In this document: piece after piece, positions 31,561 to 41,484 of the stretch
Position numbering within the stretch: position 1 is the first letter of the stretch
Layout: every line of letters begins with the position of its first letter
Assembly (NCBI GenBank): GCA_963843375.1
Contig: CAWJKT010000011.1
Span: 409,393 to 473,392, forward strand
DNA length: 64,000 bases
Source: an uncultured Pseudomonadota bacterium
GTDB taxonomy: Bacteria; Oederibacteriota; Muellerivitia; Muellerivitales; Muellerivitaceae
Direction: 5' to 3'
Made by a program: the position numbers and the translations under genes
Notes under the pieces: model-generated
What the model was told of the DNA's origin: nothing
What the model saw: only the letters and a program-made list of their open reading frames with translations
Database searches by the model: none

Positions 31561-33300
31561 TCAATCGCCTTTTTGTTTTTCCAATGTAATTTTTTGGTAG
31601 ATGGGATATTGGGGTTCCCAGAACTTCTGAAAGATCCTTTGCCGGATTTCATCCTCCTCAAAATGCGGGGCCACACCTTCCTTTTGCGCCTGCTTGACCA
31701 CCGCCAGAGCGATACGGCGGATGATTTCTTGGATACCTTCCAGGGGTGGAAGCAGGGAGGCAGCCGGGTCGTGAAGGGCGGGGGAATAGCTCCCCAGAGT
31801 CCGGGCGGCGGCCAGAAGCATGCCATCGGTAATCCGGCGGGCTTCACAGGCGGCCACTACCAGCCCCATGGCCGGAAAGATGAAAAAGTTATTGCATTGG
31901 CCGATTTGGATGGGTTTATCTGCGACGGTCACGGATGAGAAGGGGGCTCCGGTGGCGACGAGGGCCCGGCCCCCCGTCCAGGCCATCAAATTCGAGGGGG
32001 TTGCCTCGGCGTGGCTGGTCGGGTTGGAAAGGGGGAAAATGATAGGACGGTTCACCTTGGAAGCCATCTCCCGCACCAAGGGCTCTGTGAAAAGCCCCGG
32101 TTGCATCGAAACGCCGATCAGGATCGTGGCAGGGATTGATTGAATGGTTTCTATCAGACCCACCCGCCCCTGGGCGTCCCTGGGCCAGCCGGCGATTTTT
32201 TCGGAGGGCTGGGCGAATTTCATCTGAATAGGGGAAAGGTTTTTCATCTCCTGAAGGATTAGACCTTCCTGGTCAACCAGGTAAAAGCGGCCAAGGGCTG
32301 CGGCTTCGGACAGGCCTTCCGAAACCATGGCGGCAAGCAGGTATTCGGCGATGCCCGTTCCCGCTCCGCCCGCCCCCGCCAAAACCACCTGTTGGTCGCG
32401 GAAACTTTGGCCAGTCACTTTCAATGCGCCAGAAATAGCCCCTATGGCCACAGCCGCCGTGCCCTGAATGTCATCGTTGAAGGTGCAGAGGCTATCACGG
32501 TATTTGTCCAGGATGGGGCGGGCGTGGGGCCGGGCGAAATCTTCCCATTGCAGAAGCACTTGTGGCAGTTTCTTTCGCACGGCCTGGACGAACTGGTCAA
32601 TGAAGTCCCAATAGTCCTGCCCGGTAATGCGCTCGTGCCTCCAGCCCACGTAGGTGGGGTCACGCAAAAGCCGTTCGTTGTTTGTGCCCACATCCAGGAA
32701 AATGGGCAGGGTACGGGATGGCTCGATACCACCCAGAAGCGAATAGAGGGAAAGCTTGCCGATGGGAATGCCCATGCCGCCGGCTCCCTGGTCGCCAATT
32801 CCCAGAATTCTCTCCCCGTCGGTGGCCACAATGACGTCGACATAGCGGTAAGGCCGGTTTTCTAGGATTTCCTGCATATGGTTCCGCAGAGGATAGGCCA
32901 AAAAGAGGCCTCTGGGCTGGCGGTAGATTTTGGAAAAGTTCACGCAGCCTTGGGCCACCACCGGGTTGTAAATGACCGGGGTCATTTCGGAAAGGTTGCG
33001 GTTCAGGAGCGCGTAGAAGAGGGTCTCGTTGGTGTCCTGCAGGGCCCGAAGGAAAATGTGGCAGTCCAAGTCATTGTCCTGGAGGCAGTAGGCGTTATAG
33101 GCCCGGGCGCATTGTTGTTCAAGGGTTTCCACCACCGGGGGAAGAAGTCCGGAAAGCTTGAACTGCTCCCTTTGCTCAAGGGTAAAAGCGGTGCCGGCGT
33201 TCAGGATGGGGTTAAGAAGGATCTGTTGGCCGGTGAGATGAGTTCTAAAAAGCGTAGAGCCTGGGGGAAAATATTTTTGGGGTAAATCTTGGTCCGACAT
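31561..33300 (-). CDS. maeA: NAD-dependent malic enzyme
   Basis: TDGERILGIGDQG, QWEDFA, FNDDIQGT, GAGGAG, FPLSNPT. Confidence 0.93.
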   Translation of the reverse strand: MSDQDLPQKYFPPGSTLFRTHLTGQQILLNPILNAGTAFTLEQREQFKLSGLLPPVVETLEQQCARAYNAYCLQDNDLDCHIFLRALQDTNETLFYALLNRNLSEMTPVIYNPVVAQGCVNFSKIYRQPRGLFLAYPLRNHMQEILENRPYRYVDVIVATDGERILGIGDQGAGGMGIPIGKLSLYSLLGGIEPSRTLPIFLDVGTNNERLLRDPTYVGWRHERITGQDYWDFIDQFVQAVRKKLPQVLLQWEDFARPHARPILDKYRDSLCTFNDDIQGTAAVAIGAISGALKVTGQSFRDQQVVLAGAGGAGTGIAEYLLAAMVSEGLSEAAALGRFYLVDQEGLILQEMKNLSPIQMKFAQPSEKIAGWPRDAQGRVGLIETIQSIPATILIGVSMQPGLFTEPLVREMASKVNRPIIFPLSNPTSHAEATPSNLMAWTGGRALVATGAPFSSVTVADKPIQIGQCNNFFIFPAMGLVVAACEARRITDGMLLAAARTLGSYSPALHDPAASLLPPLEGIQEIIRRIALAVVKQAQKEGVAPHFEEDEIRQRIFQKFWEPQYPIYQKITLEKQKGD

Positions 33301-33441
33301 ACTGGCCCTTTTCCCCGGCCCAAAGGCCGGCCCGATGGAAAACCATCGACGATTTATCATAACGCCGGACCCCCGGGAAAATCAGGGAAAAATGGGGAGG
33401 AGGGGTTGCGGATAAAACAGGATGAAGGGCCTGGGACCGAT

Positions 33442-33870
33442 TCAAAATGAAACGTCCGCCGGTGTCCTCACCTTCATGACCGATTCCTGGTTAAATCGCT
33501 TTTTATAAGCGTTGATGATCTCTTGGATAGCCTCATCAGCTTTTCGACTGTCCAGGTGGATTAACAGGAGCACCTTGGTTTTTTCCTTTCCAACAGACCC
33601 GCTTTTTCCTTTCCATTGTCCTTTTGCGTCCCAAATCGTCAAGCCTTCGGGAAATTGAGGCGTGACAACCGAACTCACAAAGGAATCCCATTGCGGGGTT
33701 GTTACCGGGCCTTTGGAAGTGGAGGTTCCAAAATAAAGAGTGTCGGAAACAAATGGGGAGCTTGTTGAACCATTGGGCGTTTTGACCAAGGCTTTTGAAG
33801 GGGCGCAAGCAGGGGAAAGAAGACTGATGATTAAAAGAAGGGTTGGAAATTGTTTTGATAAGTTATTCAC
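33442..33870 (-). CDS. DUF3574 family lipoprotein
   Basis: LYFGT, VVTPQFPEGLTIWDAKGQW, YKKRFNQESV. Confidence 0.85.
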   Translation of the reverse strand: MNNLSKQFPTLLLIISLLSPACAPSKALVKTPNGSTSSPFVSDTLYFGTSTSKGPVTTPQWDSFVSSVVTPQFPEGLTIWDAKGQWKGKSGSVGKEKTKVLLLIHLDSRKADEAIQEIINAYKKRFNQESVMKVRTPADVSF

Positions 33871-33903
33871 GCCATGAATAATAATTATTCACGGCGTGAA
33901 TAA
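33863..33903. promoter_or_regulatory. double palindrome, operator-like
   Basis: TTATTCACGCCATGAATAA-taa-TTATTCACGGCGTGAATAA. Confidence 0.55.
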
Positions 33904-33981
33904 AAAGTGAAATCATCTAAAGCCGGGAGAAGGACTTTCCTCAAAGTAAAATGGGTTTGGAAAGCTTGATTTTTTGGAGGC

Positions 33982-34332
33982 TTAAAACTCGTTAACCGCG
34001 TCTTGTTCGGTTTTAAGAATATGGAACAATCCCGGCAGTTCCAATAATTGGAAAACAGCGAAAACATCCGGCCTGACATTGGAAATCTTGATATCTCCTC
34101 GTTTTCGGCGGACATCTTTTATGGTACTCATAAGAACCCCATAACCAGCGCTGGAGATGTAAGTGAGGCCCGCCATGTTTAGGACGATTTTAAAAAAACC
34201 TTTAGATAGGAGTCCTTTTAGCTCGGATTCAAAATCACTAACCGTGTTAATGTCCAGCACCCCATCCAAATGAATGACATTGACCGAGGTATTGGACGCG
34301 GCTTGCCTGGATTCCACCCCAAAGGTTTTCAT
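33982..34332 (-). CDS. STAS-domain anti-sigma factor antagonist
   Basis: LDGVLD...LTYISSAG with the phosphoacceptor Ser. Confidence 0.9.
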   Translation of the reverse strand: MKTFGVESRQAASNTSVNVIHLDGVLDINTVSDFESELKGLLSKGFFKIVLNMAGLTYISSAGYGVLMSTIKDVRRKRGDIKISNVRPDVFAVFQLLELPGLFHILKTEQDAVNEF

Positions 34333-34355
34333 AATTCTTCCCTTCTTAATTTGAA

Positions 34356-35795
34356 TTAAGATAACAACGCTGAAACTTTTTTGTTTGGATTACTCAAGTA
34401 AATCTGAATGTCCCAAATCATTTTTTCAACATCCACATATTCAAAACACCTGGCCTTTTCACAAGTTTTTAGCATCTTGTTGACACAAGTGATGTTGCGG
34501 CACGGACTTTCGGAAACGTAAGTTTTCGACAGGACATCCTGGTTTGAAGGTGGATAAAGGGAATTGGTGGAATCGTACCCGGACATTCTCGACGGGGTTG
34601 CCCCAAAAACCGATATGACGAAAGTGGTGTTCCTGAATTTAAAATTCCCTGAAAGGGAAACTTTTCGGGCTGCCGCGATATGAAGCGGCCCCGTATCCCC
34701 GGAAATGAAAACGTCGGCAAAATCGATCAAAGAAGCATAGGCTTCAATGGAAAGCGTTGGTGGGGGAAGAAAAAGCTTGCAACTTTCAGCCTGGGAAAGG
34801 GTTTTAAGCAATCTTCTTCCCATTTCCTTGTGTGTAAAAGATGCCCCTAAGAAAACAGTGCAATCCATCATTAGCAATTTTTTAAGGATTTGAGCCTGGA
34901 ATTCAAAGGGGATCAACGTATAGGGGGAGGCCGTATCGGGGTTTAAAAAAACGATGGGTTGGTTTTGGGGGACATTTTCTTCACGCAGAAAGGCCTTGGC
35001 TTCCTCGATAGCTTTATCCGAAAGGGTAACAGAGACTCCTTTAAATGTCTTGGCTGTGTTCGTAAAACCACGGCCCGCCAAAAGCTTATCAATGAATGTA
35101 TAAGACTGATGAAGAAAATGATTGATTCCCGTCCGGTCCAATTCGTTTCGCAGCAGTTGGGGGGCTACTGTCATAAAATTCAAGAATACCTGGTCCTTGG
35201 GGAACAATTTAGCGTTCTCGAAAAAAGGCGAAGCATTGAAACAGAGGTCGTAATTGTTTTTCGAAACAAGTTCTTGAAGGCTTTGAATATCACCAGGGGT
35301 AGGAAAAACCGTTCCGGTAAACCGCGGGTAAACATTGGTAATGGATGGATTTCCCATGATAAGGCCGCCCATCGATTGTTTAATGACGTAATCGATCCGG
35401 GCTTCCGGAAAAAAATCCCTGAAAGCTTTGACCGCGCCTTGCATCATGATGGCATCGCCAATATGGATGTCCGGGATGACCAGTATTTTCCGGAAATGTT
35501 TTACGCTTTTGACGATTTCAGTGTTTTTGTTGAAGATCCCCCGGACCAACAATTTATGGCCCAGGACAGGCCGGATAAGGGCGTTCAAAAATCTGGCCCC
35601 GCTCCGGGGAAACCATTGGGTTAGGACACTTGTGAGGTGAAAAATAACTTTTTGGAATTTGTTTTCAAACGTAGGAGCTTTCTGTTTTTTAACCGATCCC
35701 TGAGTTTGAAATAATCTTAAGAGTATACCTGGGAATTTAATCCGGTTGGGTTTCTTCCAATCGCGCCGATCTGTTGTGACGGATAAACATTTCAT
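34356..35795 (-). CDS. glycosyltransferase family 9 (heptosyltransferase-like)
   Basis: HIGDAIM; FISGDTGPLHIAAA; VFGAT. Confidence 0.85.
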   Translation of the reverse strand: MKCLSVTTDRRDWKKPNRIKFPGILLRLFQTQGSVKKQKAPTFENKFQKVIFHLTSVLTQWFPRSGARFLNALIRPVLGHKLLVRGIFNKNTEIVKSVKHFRKILVIPDIHIGDAIMMQGAVKAFRDFFPEARIDYVIKQSMGGLIMGNPSITNVYPRFTGTVFPTPGDIQSLQELVSKNNYDLCFNASPFFENAKLFPKDQVFLNFMTVAPQLLRNELDRTGINHFLHQSYTFIDKLLAGRGFTNTAKTFKGVSVTLSDKAIEEAKAFLREENVPQNQPIVFLNPDTASPYTLIPFEFQAQILKKLLMMDCTVFLGASFTHKEMGRRLLKTLSQAESCKLFLPPPTLSIEAYASLIDFADVFISGDTGPLHIAAARKVSLSGNFKFRNTTFVISVFGATPSRMSGYDSTNSLYPPSNQDVLSKTYVSESPCRNITCVNKMLKTCEKARCFEYVDVEKMIWDIQIYLSNPNKKVSALLS

Positions 35796-35822
35796 TTCTT
35801 TAACCGTTCCGTCCGGGAGTCC

Positions 35823-35948
35823 TTAAAATTCTAATTGGCTTTCGTGGTCAATTTGATGGTGGAATATATTCATTGTTTTAATGATTGAAAGAATTGGGTT
35901 CTGCTGATCTGGAAAATAGATGGTCCTAGATTTCTGATGAGTCAACAT
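35823..35948 (-). CDS. possible 41-aa small ORF upstream of GT9
   Basis: GGGAGA RBS then ATG; ends 27 nt before the GT9 start. Confidence 0.3.
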   Translation of the reverse strand: MLTHQKSRTIYFPDQQNPILSIIKTMNIFHHQIDHESQLEF

Positions 35949-36478
35949 GAAATCTCCCAAGGTCAAATTAGAAAGTTAAAATATTTTTGAAATTTCAAAA
36001 AACTATATTTGGGTAGTATTTTAAATTCAAGATTAAATCGAGTCTTGACCCATGTCATATAAAAACGATTTTAAAATCTCACTTTTTTGTGTAAGAAAAA
36101 AGCCCCCACTAAAAAATTTTTGATATTTTTAAATGTTTTCGATTAACGCTGAAATTAAACCGTTTTCCAAAAAGGTAAGTTATTAAATCAAGAATAGCGG
36201 CCACAATCCCAAATCCCTCCGGTCAGGGGAATAATTAAGTCGCATTTTTGTCCCTGGCCTTAAATTTTTTAAATACCAACTGTTAATTGGAGCATATTTT
36301 TAGAGTTTGATCTAAAAAAATATTCCTTCGGATTGGATTCTTCCTTTTCAAAAAATCTGTCATACAAAGTCGGGTAGCTTTTGTTTAGGAAGAGTTTGAG
36401 AAAAAGTTTTTGGTTTTAATTGCGAGTTTAATGAATAGGTACAAAAGTGTGTAACCGGATACCAATGGATCAGGGGAG

Positions 36479-36697
36479 CTAAAGGCCGCGGAACAAATTG
36501 TTAGAACTACAACCAAGACCCTTACAGAGACGATGTATGGTTTGAAGAGTAGGGTTGATTTCACCCCGTTCAATGAAACCAATTTGGCGGAAATCTAAGC
36601 CGCATTTTTCGGCTAATTCTTCCTGTGTCAAATTCAATTTGACTCGGGCTTCGCGGACGTTACCGCCAAAAGTTCTTAAGAGGGTTGTTTTCTTCAC
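36479..36697 (-). CDS. XRE-family HTH regulator
   Basis: FGGNVREAR..LTQEELAE..IERGEINPTL. Confidence 0.88.
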   Translation of the reverse strand: MKKTTLLRTFGGNVREARVKLNLTQEELAEKCGLDFRQIGFIERGEINPTLQTIHRLCKGLGCSSNNLFRGL

Positions 36698-37184
36698 AGT
36701 TTACAAATAAACGAAGGCGGGTCTTATTCACACTATTAACCCATAGTATTTTCGTTTTACTTCGTCTCCAATGGAAAATATAGATTGGTGGTAAACGAAT
36801 TTTCAAGCTTTTCGCCTGAAATTTAAGGAAAAATCAAATTTAAAACTTATAACCATTAAAGGTAAAGGATTCTCCGGATTTTGTTTTGAATCATTATTGG
36901 AAACAGGGGACAAAACCGTTAAATCTTCGACCCTGACTTACATCATCAATTGAAATAATGGAAAATTGGATTACTACCCTTGGATAGTATATTAAGGGGG
37001 CTAGAAGGAGTTCGGAATGGCACCCGAGCCAAGATTTATTTTCTCGACAGTCCTATTAATCCTCATTCTAAAATTTATTATTCCGTAAAAAGCGGAAGCC
37101 AAGCCCTCTTGGTTATTTAAAAACCGATCTTCCTCTCGATAAAATTCATTATTGAAAATACTTAATTTGCCCATGGGTCAGTCC

Positions 37185-37970
37185 CTAACGAACCACTTCA
37201 TAATGAATGGTTCCCCGGCCCAGCATGCCCGCGCCCGGTTGGGGTGAGGGGATGGGCGAACTGACATAGTGAGGCAGACCGGTTTTTCCATCCACGATGA
37301 AATAAATTTTGGGAGCAAAAACGGCGAACAAAGGATCTTCAATTTCCATCCGTATTTTGAGCCACTCGCCCGATTTCACCTGGGGCAGAAGCTCATGATC
37401 ATCAATCTTTTCCCGAATCAGCCTAAAACCATACATTTTCAGTCTGTCCACGACCACCATTTGAAACGATATCGACTTGCCCGCCGTCAAAGCCACCAGT
37501 GAATCCATAATGATGCGGTTGATGGAAGGCCCCACCGCGAAAAGTTTGGGCCGAGGGAATTGGGCCTTCTTGGTTTGGCCCTTTTGGGTCGTCTCAAGGA
37601 TTAACGCCTTATCGGTCACCGTGAGATGGTTGACTTGTTCCAGTAAGGGATTGGTAGAAATAAAGGTTTTAGGCAAGCCTGCTTCAAACTCAACGGTCTG
37701 CACACTGAAAGGCTCTCCGTTATTATCCTTATCCACCAGTCGCAGTCGGTCCACGCCCTTCCCTTTTTCAGTCACGATACTAAGTGAATAAATCGGTTTC
37801 GCGTCCTCAAAATCCGAAAAATGTTCCCCCGCGCAAGCCTGGCCCATTAGGGTAATGGTTTGAAGCGCCCCTGCGACGAGGCCACTATTCGAGTCCTGGG
37901 CCGGAGCCACCGAAACCATCAGCGCAAAGCCAACGTAAGCGAAAAACCCATTTCGGCATGATAATTTCAT
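37185..37970 (-). CDS. hypothetical exported protein
   Basis: Signal peptide; 261 aa. Confidence 0.7.
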   Translation of the reverse strand: MKLSCRNGFFAYVGFALMVSVAPAQDSNSGLVAGALQTITLMGQACAGEHFSDFEDAKPIYSLSIVTEKGKGVDRLRLVDKDNNGEPFSVQTVEFEAGLPKTFISTNPLLEQVNHLTVTDKALILETTQKGQTKKAQFPRPKLFAVGPSINRIIMDSLVALTAGKSISFQMVVVDRLKMYGFRLIREKIDDHELLPQVKSGEWLKIRMEIEDPLFAVFAPKIYFIVDGKTGLPHYVSSPIPSPQPGAGMLGRGTIHYEVVR

Positions 37971-38171
37971 ATGGTTCTAAAGTATCCCATTACCTGTCCG
38001 CGTTGCTCGAAAGTGTGACGGTGGGCGGTCCAAAAGTATGACACCGCCCGCCTTGCAATCACCTTTCAATATGAGCATTTAATTTTAGCGGACAACCTTC
38101 CATGGTTTTAATCTGGACTCCGGTAAGGCGCTGAGACGGATGTTAACGAGTTCACGCCCTAAGACTCGAAG

Positions 38172-38702
38172 CTAATGTGGCGCCGGTCGCTCTGACACTT
38201 CTATTGGTTGTTGCATAATGACATCGAGCGCGACCACGTAGGCGAAAGCGACCGTAAAGAAGTCGATCGTTAACGCCGTGATGTAGACTGCGGCGGTATA
38301 TTGAAGGCCGTCTAAAACGTAACAAAGCATCGCCATTGTCGCAGCGGAGCCTAATACAACGAAGACCAAAAATATTGTAGGCGGCGGTCCTTTGCCGACC
38401 ACCTTGCGACGTCGGTGCGGATAGGTGACCTGAAGCGACAGCATCGGTAGCGCGAAAAGCAAACCAGAGCCTCGCCAAATCCACTTTTCTGGAATGTCGT
38501 AGAGCGCAAAGAGCGTCGGCAGCAGCGCTCCCGCCGTCAAAACGAAAATGTGCGTCATGATCGTTTTTGCGAGGAATCTGTCAAGCAGTGAAAACCTTCC
38601 TCCAACGGCAGGTCGGAGGGTCAACAAAAGCGCCGAGAACCCTGCGAAGGTAATCATCAGGCCAGCCAATGTGTACAAAAGGGGTGCACCTTTGACTTCC
38701 AT
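38172..38702 (-). CDS. hypothetical membrane protein
   Basis: GGAGG RBS; TFAGFSAL; about 5 TM helices. Confidence 0.75.
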   Translation of the reverse strand: MEVKGAPLLYTLAGLMITFAGFSALLLTLRPAVGGRFSLLDRFLAKTIMTHIFVLTAGALLPTLFALYDIPEKWIWRGSGLLFALPMLSLQVTYPHRRRKVVGKGPPPTIFLVFVVLGSAATMAMLCYVLDGLQYTAAVYITALTIDFFTVAFAYVVALDVIMQQPIEVSERPAPH

Positions 38703-38891
38703 GTTTTGCTCCTCCCAAGAACCAATAGGCTAAAGGAACCTGGAACCTAATAATCTTAAAACGAAATCTGAGCTTCATTTTAAGTTAACAACCCATGTCC
38801 GGAAATGGCGTTTTCCGGACATTCTCTGGGAAATAGGTTTTTTGGGTTTTATTCTTTGTTCGATCAGGTTCCCGTAGTGGACAACTTGATA

Positions 38892-39250
38892 TCAATAACC
38901 GCTGCTAGGAGCTGTGGTAAAAGACACTATTCCATTTCCACCATTCACGGGATGTAGATCAAAGGGATCGGTCGAGGCTGCTCCCGTGACCGAAATGGTG
39001 CCAGGGAAGGTTGTGGAATTTTCAATCAAAGAAATAATCCCTCCTCCCCGCCTCCAGCTCCATTTGCGTTTAAAACTCCATTTCCTGTTATCGTGCTTGC
39101 CTCTATTAAGATGGTTCCTCCGGCTCCTCCTCCGCTCCACTCGCCTTCCGAACCATACTCAGCAGCCGCCCCACCACTCATGTCGATCGTCCCATTGAGG
39201 GTTGCGGGTTGAAGGGTGTTGCTCCCAGTATTGTAAACAACAACTTGCAT
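38892..39250 (-). pseudogene. 3' remnant of a Gly-rich surface protein gene (frameshifted)
   Basis: GGGAGGTILIEA...NANGAGG / GGGIISL in two frames; no N-terminus. Confidence 0.6.
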
Positions 39251-39254
39251 TAAT

Positions 39255-39546
39255 TGTTCCCCATGTCAAAATCGAAGAAGCCGTAAACCTAATGCTGGGC
39301 GAGTATTCTTGCGCGGTTACTTCCATACCGGATGAGCAAAAGGGCGAAAAACTAGTGGTTCTTCCTAATAATCCGAGCGTGAAACCTGAGGAACTTTGGG
39401 CTGGATTGTCCCAGACTGATTTGCCAAAGCTATGGATTCCGAAAAAAGAAAGTATTTATTTTATAAAAACTATTCCTCATTTGGGTTCGGGGAAATTGGA
39501 CTTGAGACAGACGAGACGAATTGCTTTGGAGCTTTCGAGAAATTAA
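39255..39546 (+). pseudogene. 3' remnant of an Aas-like acyl-ACP synthetase
   Basis: VPHVKIEE...PDEQKGEKLVVL...LPKLWIPK...IPHLGSGKLDL is the C-terminus of the adenylation domain only. Confidence 0.75.
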
Positions 39547-39637
39547 ACAACTAAATCATGCTTGAATGTCCTTGAAACCTAAGGGGCTTGGGTATAACAT
39601 TGTTGTAGTAGTCGCAAACCCCGCCCGGTGGAGCGTG

Positions 39638-39979
39638 ATGCCTGAGACTTTATATGAATTCGTGGAGTTCCAGGCTTTTACCCGCCAGCTTTTAAATACC
39701 GGCGACCCGCAACTTCTTTTGGAAAAAATCCAAGACGAGTTGTTGAAGAACCCTGAAGCGGGTTCACCTATCAAGGGCGGTATTCGGAAGGTTAGGATTT
39801 CCGCACCGGGTCGAACCGCAGGAAAAAGGGGTGGATATCGGGTTTGGTATTATTTTTACAGGAAGGGTGAAACTTTCCTTTTGCTTTTTCTGTTGGATAA
39901 AAAACACGCCGAAAACATCTCGCCACAACAGGAAGAGGTCTTGGTCTTGGCTTTGAAAGAAGTCTTAAAGGGCAGTTGA
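39638..39979 (+). CDS. higB: RelE/HigB-type toxin
   Basis: NPEAGSPIKGGIRKVR...GKRGGYRVWYY...ENIS. Confidence 0.85.
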   Translation: MPETLYEFVEFQAFTRQLLNTGDPQLLLEKIQDELLKNPEAGSPIKGGIRKVRISAPGRTAGKRGGYRVWYYFYRKGETFLLLFLLDKKHAENISPQQEEVLVLALKEVLKGS

Positions 39980-39992
39980 TAAGGAGAAAACT

Positions 39993-40316
39993 ATGTCTAA
40001 GCGTTACATGAAGGATGAACATTTCAAGGAACTTCTAACTAGCGTCCAACAAATGGGGGATTATCTCAAGGGCAAGAAGGTCCAGGGTATCCGGATTACC
40101 CATCGGGACAAGCCCCTTTCCTCGAAGGATATTAAGGAAGTTCGTATCAAGGTATTGAAAGTAACCCAAGAAACTTTTGCCCAAATCGTCGGGGAAGGAC
40201 TTGGGGCAGTTCGTACTTGGGAACAGGGAACCCGCCACCCTGGGGGAGCGGCCACAAAGCTTATTCGGCTCATCCAAAGCCATCCTGAAAGGGCCAAGGA
40301 ATTACTGTCGGTTTAA
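39993..40316 (+). CDS. higA: HTH antitoxin (HigA-type)
   Basis: TQETFA...VRTWEQGTRHPGGAA.KL; follows the toxin; AAGGAG RBS. Confidence 0.85.
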   Translation: MSKRYMKDEHFKELLTSVQQMGDYLKGKKVQGIRITHRDKPLSSKDIKEVRIKVLKVTQETFAQIVGEGLGAVRTWEQGTRHPGGAATKLIRLIQSHPERAKELLSV

Positions 40317-40440
40317 TATTCATAAAGCCAGTGAATGAAAGTCGCAGTGTCTTAACCCCTATCCCGTGTCATATACGTGTCATTGAGTGTCATTCAAAAC
40401 CGGTTTTTGCCACTTTTGGCCATCACTGACCATCAGAAAC

Positions 40441-40483
40441 AAAAAAGCCTCCGCTCTCCAAAAATCGGAGAACGGAGGCTTTT
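40441..40483. terminator. bidirectional terminator-like hairpin
   Basis: aaaaaagcctccg...cggaggctttt. Confidence 0.65.
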
Positions 40484-40557
40484 GTCCTTGCTGGGGACAG
40501 TTATTTTTTCGTTACCTTTGGCTGTTTTTCGTGGGATTTCCATTTACAACTTAAAGA

Positions 40558-40590
40558 AAAACCCGACCCTCTTTTTGAGAGGGTCGGGTT
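40558..40590 (-). terminator. terminator downstream of tRNA-Asn
   Basis: aacccgaccctct...agagggtcgggtt followed by a U-run on the minus strand. Confidence 0.7.
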
Positions 40591-40596
40591 CGATAA

Positions 40597-40671
40597 TGGC
40601 TCCCCGGGTTGGACTCGAACCAACAACCCTGCGATTAACAGTCGCATGCTCCACCATTGAGCTACCGGGGA
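40597..40671 (-). tRNA. tRNA-Asn(GTT)
   Basis: TCCCCGGTAGCTCAATGG...CTGTTAA...GTTCGAGTCC...GGGGAGCCA. Confidence 0.97.
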
Positions 40672-40794
40672 ATTTTCCCGAAACACGGGAGGTTTAAAAT
40701 TTGGAATTGTTAATAAAAATCCCCAAAAACCAAGGCTTTCGGGGGAGGGATAGTCTAATTCACCTCTCATAAAAGTCAAGTTTCCTTGCCCCGC

Positions 40795-41412
40795 TTATTC
40801 CAATGAAAGTCCCAAAACTTCCAGAGACGGGCGGGTGGTTTCGATATTTTGGTGGTGGATAGAGGTCATGCCGAGTTTGCGCGCTACTTCCACGAACAAG
40901 GGGCGGTCATCCACGTAAACGCAGTCCTGGGGTTCCACCTGCACCATGTCCAGGGCCAGCTTGAAAATGTCCTCGTCGGGCTTGCGGAAATGCACAAAAG
41001 AGGACGAAACGAAAAAATCCACGAAAGTACTCAGGGAGAATTTTTGAAAGCGGTATTCGGTCAGTTCCCGGCCCTCATTGCTGATGACCCCCACCTTTAG
41101 GTGATGGGCCGCCTTTAAGGCCGAACAATAACGAATCATATCCGGATAAGGCTGGGATCGGTCGTACATAAACCGGGTGAACTCCTCTTTCGTGAAGGAT
41201 CGGGGCTTATGAAAAACAACGCGGTCCAAATAAGTGGAAAGGGTGATTTTGCCGACCTCATAGGTGTCGTAAGTCAAGTGATGCCGCTCGTCCATTTCGT
41301 CATAATCGAGTCCAAATGTGTCAGCGGCCAGCTTGCGGGAATGGCGACCCCAACCGTTGGTTAGCAATACGCCACCCACATCGAGAAATAAGGTTTTAAA
41401 ATGGGTGGACAT
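40795..41412 (-). CDS. HAD-family phosphatase
   Basis: DVGGVL, SNE, RKPD, VDDR. Confidence 0.9.
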   Translation of the reverse strand: MSTHFKTLFLDVGGVLLTNGWGRHSRKLAADTFGLDYDEMDERHHLTYDTYEVGKITLSTYLDRVVFHKPRSFTKEEFTRFMYDRSQPYPDMIRYCSALKAAHHLKVGVISNEGRELTEYRFQKFSLSTFVDFFVSSSFVHFRKPDEDIFKLALDMVQVEPQDCVYVDDRPLFVEVARKLGMTSIHHQNIETTRPSLEVLGLSLE

Positions 41413-41484
41413 TTCTTTCTTTCCTTTTATGCAGGTTTTTTTGTGATAAAGGATTTAGGGTAAACTGCACCAATGGTACGATCT

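Noticed and set aside
35950..37180. Replication origin in AT-rich DNA
   Set aside because: No clustered DnaA boxes seen; no dnaA/parAB context
37185..38790. Integron cassettes
   Set aside because: No convincing attC R/L boxes and no integron integrase
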